A stretch of DNA of 64,000 nucleotides from Nanobdellota archaeon. GTDB lineage: Archaea > Nanobdellota > Nanobdellia > Woesearchaeales > JACQSR01. The notes below the pieces were generated by a model that was not told the origin of the DNA, searched no databases, and worked only from the letters and a program-made list of their open reading frames with translations. How positions within the stretch are numbered: position 1 is the first letter of the stretch; every line of letters starts with the position of its first letter. The translations under genes and the position numbers were made by a program. This document shows, piece by piece, positions 47,004 to 56,884 of this stretch. The DNA lies in NCBI GenBank assembly GCA_042577505.1, contig JBHPEA010000001.1:23880-87879 (forward strand), read 5' to 3'.

Positions 47004-49661
47004 ATGGAAGACCTAAAGAAGATAGATGATAAATGGCAGAAGAAGTGGGAAGAAAGTAAAGTCTTTGAGGTAAAAGAAGATCCAAAGAAGAAGAAATTTT
47101 ACTGTTTAGAGATGTTTCCATACCCTTCTGGTTCTGGTTTACATATGGGTCATGCTTTCAATTACACAATAGGTGATATTTATTCTAGATTCAAAAGAAT
47201 GAAAGGTTTTAATGTACTTTATCCAATGGGTTATGACAGTTTTGGTTTACCTGCAGAAAACGCAGCAATCAAAGAAAAATCACATCCAAAGGAATTTACA
47301 ACTAAAGCAATTAATAATTTTGTTAAACAACAAAAAGCATTAGGATTATCTTACGATTGGTCAAGAAAATTATCAACTTGTGAACCAGAATATTACAAAT
47401 GGAATCAACTTATGTTCTTAAAATTCATGGACAAGGATTTAGTTTACAGAAAAAAAGCACCTGTTAATTGGTGTCCTAAATGTAACACTGTCTTAGCCAA
47501 CGAGCAAGTTCATGATGGAAAATGCTGGAGACACACAGACACTGAAGTAGAACCAAAAGAACTTGAACAATGGTTCATCAAAACTACTGCTTATGCAAAT
47601 GAACTTCTAGAAATGACTGATAAATTAGAATGGCCAGAAAGAATCAAGATAATGCAAAGAAACTGGATTGGAAAATCTATCGGTGTAACACTAGAATTCG
47701 ATGTTGTTGATGAAAAAGGAAAGAAAATCGACACAATCTCAACATTCACAACAAGAGTTGACACAGTTTATGGAATAACCTACCTAGTCCTAGCTGCAGA
47801 ACATCCTAAAGTTTTAGAATGGACTAAAGGAACAAAGATAGAAAAAGAAGTTAAAGATTTCACAAAAAAAGTTCTAAAACAAAGTGTCATTGAAAGAACT
47901 GCTGAAGGTAAGGAAAAAAATGGAGTTTTCTTAGGCAAATATTTCATCAATCCCTTCACAAACGAAAAATGTCCTTTGTGGGTTGCTGATTATGCCTTAT
48001 ATGAATACGGAACAGGAGCAGTAATGGCAGTCCCTACCCACGATCAAAGAGATTTCGAGTTTGCAAAAAAATACAAATTGCCATTGAGAGTTGTAATATC
48101 CCCTCACGATTTCGATTTAGATGTTGACAAAATGTCTAGGGCATTCGTAGACGATGGAATTATGACCAATTCAGGGGAGTTCGACGGTTCAAACAACAGA
48201 GATGCAATGGAAGAGATTGCAGATTTAACAGAAAAAAAGAAATGGGGAAAAAGAACTGTTAATTTCAAACTTAAAGACTGGTTAATCTCAAGACAAAGAT
48301 ATTGGGGAACACCAATTCCAGCAATTCATTGCGAAAAATGTGGTATTGTAAAAGTTCCAGAAAAAGACTTACCAGTCCTACTTCCAGAAGATGTAAAATT
48401 CGGAAAGGGAAATCCATTAGCAACAAATGAAAAATTCCTAAAAGTAAAATGTCCAAAGTGCGGGAAAGACGCAAGAAGAGAAACTGACACAATGGATACT
48501 TTCTTTGATAGTAGTTGGTATTTCATCAGATATGCAGACAGCAAAAACGACAAAGAACCATTCAACAAAAAAATTGCAAACTATTGGATGCCTGTCGATC
48601 AATATATTGGAGGGGCAGAACACGCTTGTATGCATTTAATTTACGCTAGATTCTTCACAAAAGCATTGAGAGACTTAGGTTATATTAACGCCGATGAACC
48701 ATTTGCAAAGTTATTCAACCAAGGGATGTTACACGGTGAAGATGGCCACGTAATGTCTAAATCAAGAGGCAATGTTGTCTTACCAGAAGTAATCTCAGAA
48801 AAATACGGGATTGACACAGCCAGATTCTTCCTAGTTTCAATTGCATCTCCAAACAAAGATTTAGAATGGAGCGACACAGGGATAGAAGGAAGTTCAAGAT
48901 TCATTAAACGAGTTTTAGGTTATTTTGACACTGTAAAAATCAGTAAATCAAGTAAAAAAGTTGAAAGTAAACTTAACAAAGCAATCAAAGAAGTTGCAGA
49001 AGATATTGACGATTTTAGATATAACCTTGCAATTATCAAAGTAAGAGAATTATTTGAAAGCCTTGAAAATGAAATAAACAAAAAAGACTTAGAAAAGTTC
49101 CTTAAAATCCTACATCCTTTCTGTCCACACATAACAGAAGAACTTTGGGAAAAGATTGGAAACAAACCTTTCTTAAGTCAAGAAAAATGGCCAGAATTTG
49201 ACGAATCAAAAATCGACGACAAAGTGGAAGTAGTCGACGATATTATTGAAAACATCAGATCAGATATCAGTGCAGTCTTAAAATTAATTGGAAAAGAAAA
49301 ACCAAAGAAAATTAAATTAATTTTTGCAGATAAATGGAAATATGATTTTTTCAAAATCGTAAAGGAAGAATTAGAAAAAACCAGAGACATGAAAGAAATC
49401 ATGGGTAAGGTAATGAAAGGAGATTTAAAGAAACAAGGTGGTTCAATCTCAAAACTGCTTCCAAGAATCCTTAAAGACCCTAGTAAAATCCCTCAAGTAA
49501 TAATCGACAGAGACTCAGAAATCAAAGACATAGAAAGCTCAATCGACCAAATTAAAGATGTTTTCAAATGCGAAGTAGAGTTTGAATTAGAAGAAAAAAG
49601 CAAAGAAAAGAAAGCAGCTAATGCATTACCTCAAAAACCAGCTATCTTAGTTGAAGGATAG
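47004..49661 (+). CDS. leuS: Leucyl-tRNA synthetase, archaeal/eukaryal type
   Basis: FPYPSGSGLHMGHAFNYTIGDI (HIGH); CP1 editing region; VMSKSRGN (KMSKS); 885 aa. Confidence 0.95.
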   Translation: MEDLKKIDDKWQKKWEESKVFEVKEDPKKKKFYCLEMFPYPSGSGLHMGHAFNYTIGDIYSRFKRMKGFNVLYPMGYDSFGLPAENAAIKEKSHPKEFTTKAINNFVKQQKALGLSYDWSRKLSTCEPEYYKWNQLMFLKFMDKDLVYRKKAPVNWCPKCNTVLANEQVHDGKCWRHTDTEVEPKELEQWFIKTTAYANELLEMTDKLEWPERIKIMQRNWIGKSIGVTLEFDVVDEKGKKIDTISTFTTRVDTVYGITYLVLAAEHPKVLEWTKGTKIEKEVKDFTKKVLKQSVIERTAEGKEKNGVFLGKYFINPFTNEKCPLWVADYALYEYGTGAVMAVPTHDQRDFEFAKKYKLPLRVVISPHDFDLDVDKMSRAFVDDGIMTNSGEFDGSNNRDAMEEIADLTEKKKWGKRTVNFKLKDWLISRQRYWGTPIPAIHCEKCGIVKVPEKDLPVLLPEDVKFGKGNPLATNEKFLKVKCPKCGKDARRETDTMDTFFDSSWYFIRYADSKNDKEPFNKKIANYWMPVDQYIGGAEHACMHLIYARFFTKALRDLGYINADEPFAKLFNQGMLHGEDGHVMSKSRGNVVLPEVISEKYGIDTARFFLVSIASPNKDLEWSDTGIEGSSRFIKRVLGYFDTVKISKSSKKVESKLNKAIKEVAEDIDDFRYNLAIIKVRELFESLENEINKKDLEKFLKILHPFCPHITEELWEKIGNKPFLSQEKWPEFDESKIDDKVEVVDDIIENIRSDISAVLKLIGKEKPKKIKLIFADKWKYDFFKIVKEELEKTRDMKEIMGKVMKGDLKKQGGSISKLLPRILKDPSKIPQVIIDRDSEIKDIESSIDQIKDVFKCEVEFELEEKSKEKKAANALPQKPAILVEG

Positions 49662-49971
49662 ATCCTTCTTGGATTTGATTATTCTTAACGAAACCACTTG
49701 GAGCCTCTATTAAAAATGAAGCCTTATTCTTTGGTTTAAAATGAGAATAAGTTTTAAGATTCTCACATATTTCAATTACTTTCCCACCCGATAAATAAAC
49801 CAAATCAAGAGGATAATAACAAAAAAATGTATGAATAGACATTTTCTTATCAGGAAACTTAAAAATCAATATTTTCTCACTCTTAGAAAACATTAATCCA
49901 ATTGTCTGAGAAACGGCATCATCACACAACTTACCTTTCCCTATAACTTTTCTATTCTTTATTATTTCCAT
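49642..49971 (-). CDS. DUF192 (COG1430) family protein
   Basis: GLMFSKSEKILIFKFP…SIHTFFCYYPLDLVYL…ASFLIEAPSG pattern of DUF192. Confidence 0.5.
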   Translation of the reverse strand: MEIIKNRKVIGKGKLCDDAVSQTIGLMFSKSEKILIFKFPDKKMSIHTFFCYYPLDLVYLSGGKVIEICENLKTYSHFKPKNKASFLIEAPSGFVKNNQIQEGSILQLR

Positions 49972-49972
49972 T

Positions 49973-51454
49973 CTAATATTTCCTAAACCTATGTATTATC
50001 TTCAGTGTTACAAAAAGAATAAAAGCTAAAAGTACATATAATAAAATTGGAATTCCAGAATCAACGACATTCTCAGCTTTAAAAAAACTTGAATTATCCT
50101 CTTCAACTATCTCTTCATCACCAAATGCAAGCTGGTAAAGAAATATTTCATCAATCTCAGTAACTCTTCCATCGGGGGTAAAATAATCTATAGATAAATT
50201 AAAATGATATTCAACATCTTCAGAAGAAGGTAGGGGACTTAATAATTGAGAAAGTAGGTTTCTAGTACGATCAGCTCGTAATTCTTCAATTTCTTTATAA
50301 AAATCGATACCAGGATAATTAGAACTTAAATTTATAGTTATATTCGTAATCGTAGTCTCAATACTAGGATTTTCAATTGAAAAATACAACGTAGCATTAT
50401 GTTCTTCAGAAATCTCTTTTTTATCAATCTCAAATTGATAATCCAAACCAGGAAGAATAGTGAGAATCTCCATCTCATTCTCTTCAATCCTTCTTTCACC
50501 AAATGAATTATAATCAATATATGTTTTTATCGAAGAAACCCCTTCTTCAATTGACTTGATCTTTAAAATAAATTCCTCAGAAGAATTCTTATTTAAATGC
50601 CCCACCCATATATACCCATCTACTTGCTCTTCCAAATTATACGAAGCATGGGTAACTTCTAATGTGTAAGGTAACTCAATTCGAAATTGAGTAATTGTTA
50701 GACTTTCATTTAAAAAATTTGTAAGATTAAATTCCAAATCAGTCTCCATTCCAACCTCAAGTTGATCTCTCTCCAATTTTGAATTCAATATTAAATCCTT
50801 TTGAGTTACTCTAATATCTTGCTCATCAATCCTAGTGATAGTTTCTTCTTCATTATTGTATGTTAACTCAGTTTTTATTGAATAATTACCTGTTTGTTTT
50901 GGGATCAATTTATAAGAACAAATAAGATTTTCATTCTTACGTATAGTGCCTCTAAAAACCAAATTATCGTCCTCAATACTACACCCTTTTGGATTATGTA
51001 TGATAAAAGAGGCAGGAACCCTTTCAATAAAAACAACATCAGTTGCATCATTCTCATCCGAATTTTGAATGTTAACGTTAACTGAAAACTCCTCACCAAC
51101 CATAGCGTTTGTATCACTAACCCTAGAAATTGAAAGTAAAGACACCGCAGCATAAACACCAATCTTTCCTTTATAATATTGACGATCTTGTGTATAATTA
51201 ATGAAATCTTCCTCCATTAAAGCACAGAAATTTTTATTTTCCTTTGCTCTACAACTATCATTCTCAACAATTATGCTTAATCCACCATAATCAATATAGG
51301 CTTTCTGACCATCTATAGAGTAAGACGCTGATAAGTTTTCACCATGTACTTCAATTGATTCTCCATGTACTAGCCAATCATCATGAATTTTCTCACTATA
51401 TGTAGCAGAAACTGGAACAATTAACAGTAAAAAAAATATTAAAGCATATTTCAT
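49973..51454 (-). CDS. Surface protein with N-terminal signal peptide and C-terminal TM anchor
   Basis: Start at internal MKYALIFFLLLIVPVSA (track start 51472); C-terminal GIPILLYVLLAFILFVTLKIIHRFRKY anchor; Asn-rich possible glycosylation sequons. Confidence 0.5.
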   Translation of the reverse strand: MKYALIFFLLLIVPVSATYSEKIHDDWLVHGESIEVHGENLSASYSIDGQKAYIDYGGLSIIVENDSCRAKENKNFCALMEEDFINYTQDRQYYKGKIGVYAAVSLLSISRVSDTNAMVGEEFSVNVNIQNSDENDATDVVFIERVPASFIIHNPKGCSIEDDNLVFRGTIRKNENLICSYKLIPKQTGNYSIKTELTYNNEEETITRIDEQDIRVTQKDLILNSKLERDQLEVGMETDLEFNLTNFLNESLTITQFRIELPYTLEVTHASYNLEEQVDGYIWVGHLNKNSSEEFILKIKSIEEGVSSIKTYIDYNSFGERRIEENEMEILTILPGLDYQFEIDKKEISEEHNATLYFSIENPSIETTITNITINLSSNYPGIDFYKEIEELRADRTRNLLSQLLSPLPSSEDVEYHFNLSIDYFTPDGRVTEIDEIFLYQLAFGDEEIVEEDNSSFFKAENVVDSGIPILLYVLLAFILFVTLKIIHRFRKY

Positions 51455-51485
51455 AACCCAAATGTCATTCACCGATATAAATACC

Positions 51486-52751
51486 TTATGTTCCTTCTTC
51501 CCAAGACGAAAGATATTTCTTTTGATCTTCTGTTAAGGAATCGATTTTGATACCCATTGCTTCCAACTGTAATCTTGCAATATTGTCATCAATCTCTTCA
51601 GGTAATACAATGACATCATTCTCCATATTCCCTTTATTCTTAACTATATATTCACATGCTAGTGCCTGACCACAAAAAGAAGTAGACATCACTTCAGATG
51701 GATGACCTTCAGCTGCAGCTAAGTTAACCAATCTACCCTCACCACATATGAAAATCCTATTTCCATTTTCAAGAGTATATTCATCTAAGAAAGGACGAAC
51801 AGTTCTCTTATTCTTAGATATCTTCTCTAATCCCTCAATATCAATCTCAATATCAAAATGACCCGAATTAGCTAAAATTGCTCCATCTTTCATTGAAGAT
51901 ATGTGATTTGCAGATAATACATGCTTATCACCAGTTACAGTCACAAAAATATCTCCTATTTTTGCAGCTTCTTCCATAGGAATGACATTATACCCATCTA
52001 ACCTTGCTTGTAACGCTCTAAAAGGATCTACTTCTGTTACATATACAATTGCACCATGTCCTTTAGCACGTAAGGAAACTCCCTTACCACAACTTCCATA
52101 TCCACCAACAACGACATTCTTTCCAGCAACTAAAATATTTGTAGCTCTTAATATTCCATCCCATGTTGATTGACCAGTTCCATAATAATTATCCAGTAAA
52201 TGTTTTGTCTTATTATCATTGACAGCAATAATTGGATACTTCAAAGCCTTATCACCAACCATTGCTCTTAATCTAATAATCCCTGTAGTAGTTTCTTCAC
52301 ATCCACCTAAGATCTTAGGAATCAGCTCAGGATGTTCTTTATGTACAACAGTTACTAAATCACAACCATCATCAATAGTAATTCCAGGATTAGCAGCAAT
52401 AACGTTCTTCAAATATCTGTAATAATCTTCTTTAGTTTCACCTTTGTATGCCCAGACTTTAACACCTTCTTCTGCTAATGCTGCAGCTACGTCATCTTGT
52501 GTGGACAATGGATTACATCCAGTTATTGCAACATCAGCTCCCCCAGCAATTAAAGTTCTAACCAATACTGCTGTTTCTTTAGTAACATGTAAAGCCAAAC
52601 CAATAGTTATACCCTGAAGAGGCTTCTCTTTCTCAAACATCTCTTTAACTTTCATTAATGCACCCATATGATTCTCAGCAAGTTCGATATTCATCTTTCC
52701 TTGTTCAGCCAATTTTAGGTCTTTTACTTCATAAGTTTCTCCTTTGTCCAT
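51486..52751 (-). CDS. ahcY: S-adenosyl-L-homocysteine hydrolase
   Basis: Start at internal MDKGETYEVKDLKLAEQGK (track start 52823); NAD-binding GYGSCGKG; archaeal about 420-aa type. Confidence 0.9.
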   Translation of the reverse strand: MDKGETYEVKDLKLAEQGKMNIELAENHMGALMKVKEMFEKEKPLQGITIGLALHVTKETAVLVRTLIAGGADVAITGCNPLSTQDDVAAALAEEGVKVWAYKGETKEDYYRYLKNVIAANPGITIDDGCDLVTVVHKEHPELIPKILGGCEETTTGIIRLRAMVGDKALKYPIIAVNDNKTKHLLDNYYGTGQSTWDGILRATNILVAGKNVVVGGYGSCGKGVSLRAKGHGAIVYVTEVDPFRALQARLDGYNVIPMEEAAKIGDIFVTVTGDKHVLSANHISSMKDGAILANSGHFDIEIDIEGLEKISKNKRTVRPFLDEYTLENGNRIFICGEGRLVNLAAAEGHPSEVMSTSFCGQALACEYIVKNKGNMENDVIVLPEEIDDNIARLQLEAMGIKIDSLTEDQKKYLSSWEEGT

Positions 52752-52889
52752 AATGATCACCTTTCCCCTAGTGATTATAGACACTTTAAATAAATTTCTA
52801 CAAAAAAAGAGTAATATGTCCAATTAATTACTGAAAAAATAGACAAAAAACGAAAAGTATATAAGTAAGTTGGACAATAAAAAATATCA

Positions 52890-53321
52890 ATGGCCCTGGA
52901 TGAGAAGGACCTGAAAATTATCAGGGAGCTCAAGAGAAATTCAAGAGAGCCGATAAGGGGGATCGCAAAAAAAACTGGATTGAGACCAAGCACGGTCCAT
53001 CAAAGACTCGTCCAATTAGTTAAGAAGGGTACTATTCAAAGTTTCACGTTAAAGTTAGACAACAAAGCAATAGACCAGAACTTTGTTGTGTTTATGTTGG
53101 TTAAAGGGGGTACGTCAAATTACATCGATCAAAAGCTATTACACAATGATCACGTCAAAGAAGTCTTTGGCGTCACAGGTGAATATGACCTTCTTCTCAA
53201 ATTACGCTTCAAAGATGTTGAAGAATTCAACAAATTCATCATTTCATTTAGAAAAGACCAGAAAGCAGTGGAAAACACACTAACAATGGTCGGAACCGCG
53301 AACATAAAAGAAGAACTATAA
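52890..53321 (+). CDS. Lrp/AsnC-family transcriptional regulator
   Basis: DEKDLKIIRELKRNSREPIRGIAKKTGLRPSTVHQRLVQL HTH plus RAM domain. Confidence 0.8.
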   Translation: MALDEKDLKIIRELKRNSREPIRGIAKKTGLRPSTVHQRLVQLVKKGTIQSFTLKLDNKAIDQNFVVFMLVKGGTSNYIDQKLLHNDHVKEVFGVTGEYDLLLKLRFKDVEEFNKFIISFRKDQKAVENTLTMVGTANIKEEL

Positions 53322-53409
53322 TGTTTTTACGGCTGGGATATTGGAACACCCCCAACACTAGGCAATTCTCCCAATATCCCAGTTCTTTTTTTAATAGGAA
53401 TAAATTAAT

Positions 53410-53625
53410 CTAAGCAGATTGAGCTTCAAGAAGAACATCTTTCTTTAATATCTTGCTTGCACTAAGAATTTCCACTCCAATAACTTTATCATTCTCATCA
53501 TAATCTAAAATTATGTTATCATTTAGCTGAACAGTTTTCTTTGCTCCACCTTCTTTAATGGGGTACTCAAAATAGATATAAGCGGCATCTACTTCTTTAT
53601 CATATTCGAATTTCATTTTAATCAT
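53410..53625 (-). CDS. DUF2283-family small protein (putative antitoxin-like partner)
   Basis: FEYDKEVDAAYIYFEYP…ILDYDENDKVIGVEIL pattern. Confidence 0.5.
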   Translation of the reverse strand: MIKMKFEYDKEVDAAYIYFEYPIKEGGAKKTVQLNDNIILDYDENDKVIGVEILSASKILKKDVLLEAQSA

Positions 53626-53831
53626 ATTACTGTAACTACTTTTATATAAGTTTCCATTTCAATAAAAACCACTTTTATCGACTGGTTTTCAATAGTTATT
53701 TCGGCAATTTTCCGGCACCCATAAGATCTTCTAATCTGACTTGAAAACTTCAGCGCATGTAAAACATGAATATGGGAAATCCCTCTTTGTTTCATTCTCT
53801 TGTAAGCATGACTCGAATATCTAATTCTCAT
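53622..53831 (-). CDS. DUF4258-family small protein (putative toxin-like partner)
   Basis: YSSHAYKRMKQRGIS pattern; 4-nt overlap with the DUF2283 gene. Confidence 0.45.
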   Translation of the reverse strand: MRIRYSSHAYKRMKQRGISHIHVLHALKFSSQIRRSYGCRKIAEITIENQSIKVVFIEMETYIKVVTVI

Positions 53832-53934
53832 TCAAAAGGTATTGTTTTCAATATTTCGAGACTATGTGGAAGAACGCGATTGAATAAATGAAAAGATTTA
53901 TATAAACACACATAATACACATATTATACATAAA

Positions 53935-54183
53935 ATGACAACTATGACTTTAGCAGTACCGGATGAACTCAAACACAAAATGGAGGATTTTCCGGAAATA
54001 AATTGGTCTGAAGTAGCCCGGCAAGCATTCTACCAACAAATCAAAGACATGGAATTTTTAAAAAAGTTTAAATCTAAAAGCAGATTAACTGAAGAGGATG
54101 CATTAAAACTAGGTTCAGAATTAAATATTTCTCTTTCCAAGCGATATCTTTCCAATGGTAGAAAAAAACCAAAAGGTTTATAA
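53935..54183 (+). CDS. Ribbon-helix-helix (CopG-like) small DNA-binding protein
   Basis: TLAVPDELKHKMEDF…NWSEVARQAF typical of archaeal RHH antitoxin-like proteins. Confidence 0.45.
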   Translation: MTTMTLAVPDELKHKMEDFPEINWSEVARQAFYQQIKDMEFLKKFKSKSRLTEEDALKLGSELNISLSKRYLSNGRKKPKGL

Positions 54184-54204
54184 GTAAGAAAATTCTTACT
54201 TTTA

Positions 54205-54480
54205 TTGGTGAATAATATGCCATTAATAAAAACGATTAAAGTATCGGATAAAGGTCAAATTGCAATACCCACTGAGATTAGGGAAGCTATGGGAATCGAT
54301 AAAGGAGACGAGTTAATTATTTTAGAGTCAAAAGGGAGATTATTATTAGAAAGAACAAAGGAATTTACATCTAAAATTGAAGATGATTTTAAGGATATTA
54401 AAAAATTAAGCCAGAAATCATTAGATAAAGTCTGGAATAACAAAGAAGACGAAATATGGAGTGGCTATTTAAAAAAATGA
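54205..54480 (+). CDS. AbrB/MazE-type (SpoVT-AbrB) antitoxin
   Basis: VSDKGQIAIPTEIREAMGIDKGDELII swapped-hairpin motif. Confidence 0.6.
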   Translation: MVNNMPLIKTIKVSDKGQIAIPTEIREAMGIDKGDELIILESKGRLLLERTKEFTSKIEDDFKDIKKLSQKSLDKVWNNKEDEIWSGYLKK

Positions 54481-54812
54481 AATTATTTCAAAGAGATATC
54501 ATTTTGTTGCCCTACCCTTTTACTGATCTGAGCGGGAAAAAAGTCAGACCAGCTTTAGTAATTTCAAACGATGATTATAATAATGAGACTAATGATTGTA
54601 TTATGGTTCCCATTACTTCTGTTATTAAAGATGACCCTTTTTCAATAAGTCTTACACAAAAAGATTTGGAAGAAGGGAAATTATTTAAGCCAAGTAGAAT
54701 TAAATTTGATAAAGTTTTTTCTTTAGAAAAGGATCTCGTAATTATGAAGATCGGAAAACTAGATTCAAATGTTTTTAAGGATATTAAGAAGGGCGTAATT
54801 TCTCTCTTTTAA
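54456..54812 (+). CDS. MazF/PemK-family endoribonuclease toxin
   Basis: RDIILLPYPFTDLSGKKVRPALVISND…CIMVPITS pattern; overlaps the antitoxin gene. Confidence 0.65.
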   Translation: MEWLFKKMKLFQRDIILLPYPFTDLSGKKVRPALVISNDDYNNETNDCIMVPITSVIKDDPFSISLTQKDLEEGKLFKPSRIKFDKVFSLEKDLVIMKIGKLDSNVFKDIKKGVISLF

Positions 54813-55402
54813 TTCTCAAACAAAGATTTACCCAACCTAACCATATTCGAACCTTCTTCAATGGCAACTTCATAAGAATCGCTCATTCCCATAGATAAAA
54901 TTTCCATTTCAACATTCGGAATCTTCATCGCTTTTATCGAATCAAATAATTGTTTAGTTTTCCTAAATGCCATTCTTGGATTTTCTACAGGCCCCATAGT
55001 CATCAAACCTTTTACAATTACATTAGGTAAAGTAGAAATCTTACGAACTAAATCTAAAACTTTAGTAGGATTAACTCCAGACTTTTCACTCTCCTCACCA
55101 CTATTCACCTCAATTAATACAGGATATTTTGTAGTAGCTCTCTTACTTATTTCTGAAGCAAGTTCAAAAGAATCAACAGTCTGAATCATGTCAAATAATT
55201 GAATGGCATCCTTGATTTTATTCTTCTGCAAGTGACCAATCATATGAAATTCAAAGGAACCTTTCAACAAAGCCTTCTTCTCTTTTGCTTCTTTAACATA
55301 ATTCTCACCAATTATTGAAATTCCATCATCAATAACTTTTTGAATCTCAGAAACAGATCTAGTCTTCGAAGCTGCAAGTATTTTCACATATTTTGGTATC
55401 AT
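54809..55402 (-). CDS. YggS/PROSC-family PLP-binding protein
   Basis: VKILAASKTRSVSEIQKVIDDGISIIGENYVKEAKEK matches the alanine-racemase N-terminal-like YggS family. Confidence 0.65.
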   Translation of the reverse strand: MIPKYVKILAASKTRSVSEIQKVIDDGISIIGENYVKEAKEKKALLKGSFEFHMIGHLQKNKIKDAIQLFDMIQTVDSFELASEISKRATTKYPVLIEVNSGEESEKSGVNPTKVLDLVRKISTLPNVIVKGLMTMGPVENPRMAFRKTKQLFDSIKAMKIPNVEMEILSMGMSDSYEVAIEEGSNMVRLGKSLFEN

Positions 55403-55917
55403 TTAGTCGGTAGAATCCAGACTTTAATCTTGCCTGAACCATATTCTTCTCCGTCAGATAAAATCCTAACATCATACTGTCCATCAGTCCCATAATCAAC
55501 TCCAGTAACATTAAACATAGGACTAATTAAGGTTTGAGTTTTATTTTCTCTTATTACTAAAGGATTAGAATCTAATATCTCAACTTGATCATAAGGAAAT
55601 TCATTTCTTTTTGACTCATAACTTAAATCTGGACTTAATTCTATTGTAAAATTCTTTTCAGCACCTCGGTTATAGATAAAAACTCTAAAAAATGCAGTAT
55701 CAGACAAATGCACAGGACCAGAAGGAATATAATAATCAATCCCGCCCTCAATCATCATATCACTTATTGTTTTCTCATACATTCCTTTTTCTTGAGAAAT
55801 CTTAATACTCATCCACTTCATTTTTTCATCTCTTTCATTCAAGCTATTTACAGAAAAAACTAAAGCTACAACTAAAATAACTATTACGGGTACATAAATC
55901 AAATCTCGATAAAACAT
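55399..55917 (-). CDS. Membrane-anchored hypothetical protein
   Basis: N-terminal TM (LIYVPVIVILVVALVFSV). Confidence 0.35.
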   Translation of the reverse strand: MFYRDLIYVPVIVILVVALVFSVNSLNERDEKMKWMSIKISQEKGMYEKTISDMMIEGGIDYYIPSGPVHLSDTAFFRVFIYNRGAEKNFTIELSPDLSYESKRNEFPYDQVEILDSNPLVIRENKTQTLISPMFNVTGVDYGTDGQYDVRILSDGEEYGSGKIKVWILPTK

Positions 55918-55950
55918 AACCTAAGAGAACTTAAAAATGTATATAAAGAT

Positions 55951-56850
55951 TTAGAATTCTTGCATCTCTCTAAACTCATGGAATCTTTTTTCAATTTCTT
56001 CTGTAGTCAAATCCTTTAATCTATTAACACCAAATTGTTCAGCAGTAAAAGAAGCTACAGAACTGCCATATACAATACCTTTCCTGATATTCTTTTCATG
56101 TGGATTATCAGTTAAAGCAACATATCCAACTAGAGCACCACCAAAACTATCTCCACATCCCGTTGGATCTTTAACCATCTCTAAAGGATATCCTGGTGCA
56201 GAGAAATGTTTATCATGAGTAAAAAGTAAAGCCCCATGTTCACCTTTCTTAATAATTACAGATTGAGGTCCTAAACGTAAACATTCTTTCGCAGCTTTTA
56301 TCAAAGAAGCAGTCTCAAACAACATCCTCGCTTCACCATCGTTCAAAACCACCATATTTACATTCTTAATAGCTTCCATCACATCTTGTTTTTGATGTTC
56401 TATCCAGAAATTCATAGTATCCATTGCGATAAAATGTGGCCTCTTCAATTGCTTAATAACATTCAATTGAATTTTAGGATCAATATTAGCTAGAAATACA
56501 TATTCAGACTCATTATATGATTCAGGTAATTTTCCAGTAAATGTAATTAAATTATTCAGTTCTGTCCTTAACGTCTTCGCTTCATTCATATCAAACTCAT
56601 AATAACCCTCCCATCTGAAAGTTTTCCCATTCTTCTCCAATCCCTCAACATCTATCCCTTTCAGTGACAAAAGATCTAGATGTTCTTTTGGAAAATCCTC
56701 TCCTATAGGTGCGACAATCTTAGTTTTAGTGAAAATACTAGAAGCAAGTGCGGCATAAGTAGCAGATCCACCTAGTACCTTATCCACCCTACCGAATGGA
56801 GTCTCAATTGTATCAATTGCTGCAGCTCCAACGACTAACACCTCTTTCAT
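55951..56850 (-). CDS. PfkB-family carbohydrate/nucleoside kinase
   Basis: GGSATYAALASS (GG motif) and DPTGCGDSFGGALVG (anion hole); start at internal MKEVLVVGAAAID (track start 56907). Confidence 0.7.
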   Translation of the reverse strand: MKEVLVVGAAAIDTIETPFGRVDKVLGGSATYAALASSIFTKTKIVAPIGEDFPKEHLDLLSLKGIDVEGLEKNGKTFRWEGYYEFDMNEAKTLRTELNNLITFTGKLPESYNESEYVFLANIDPKIQLNVIKQLKRPHFIAMDTMNFWIEHQKQDVMEAIKNVNMVVLNDGEARMLFETASLIKAAKECLRLGPQSVIIKKGEHGALLFTHDKHFSAPGYPLEMVKDPTGCGDSFGGALVGYVALTDNPHEKNIRKGIVYGSSVASFTAEQFGVNRLKDLTTEEIEKRFHEFREMQEF

Positions 56851-56884
56851 AAACCAAGTGAAACTATTGAATGATTTATAAAGA

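Noticed and set aside
48271-49402. Several minus-strand ORFs of 73-81 aa inside leuS
   Set aside because: They are internal antisense ORFs within a strongly supported 885-aa LeuRS gene.
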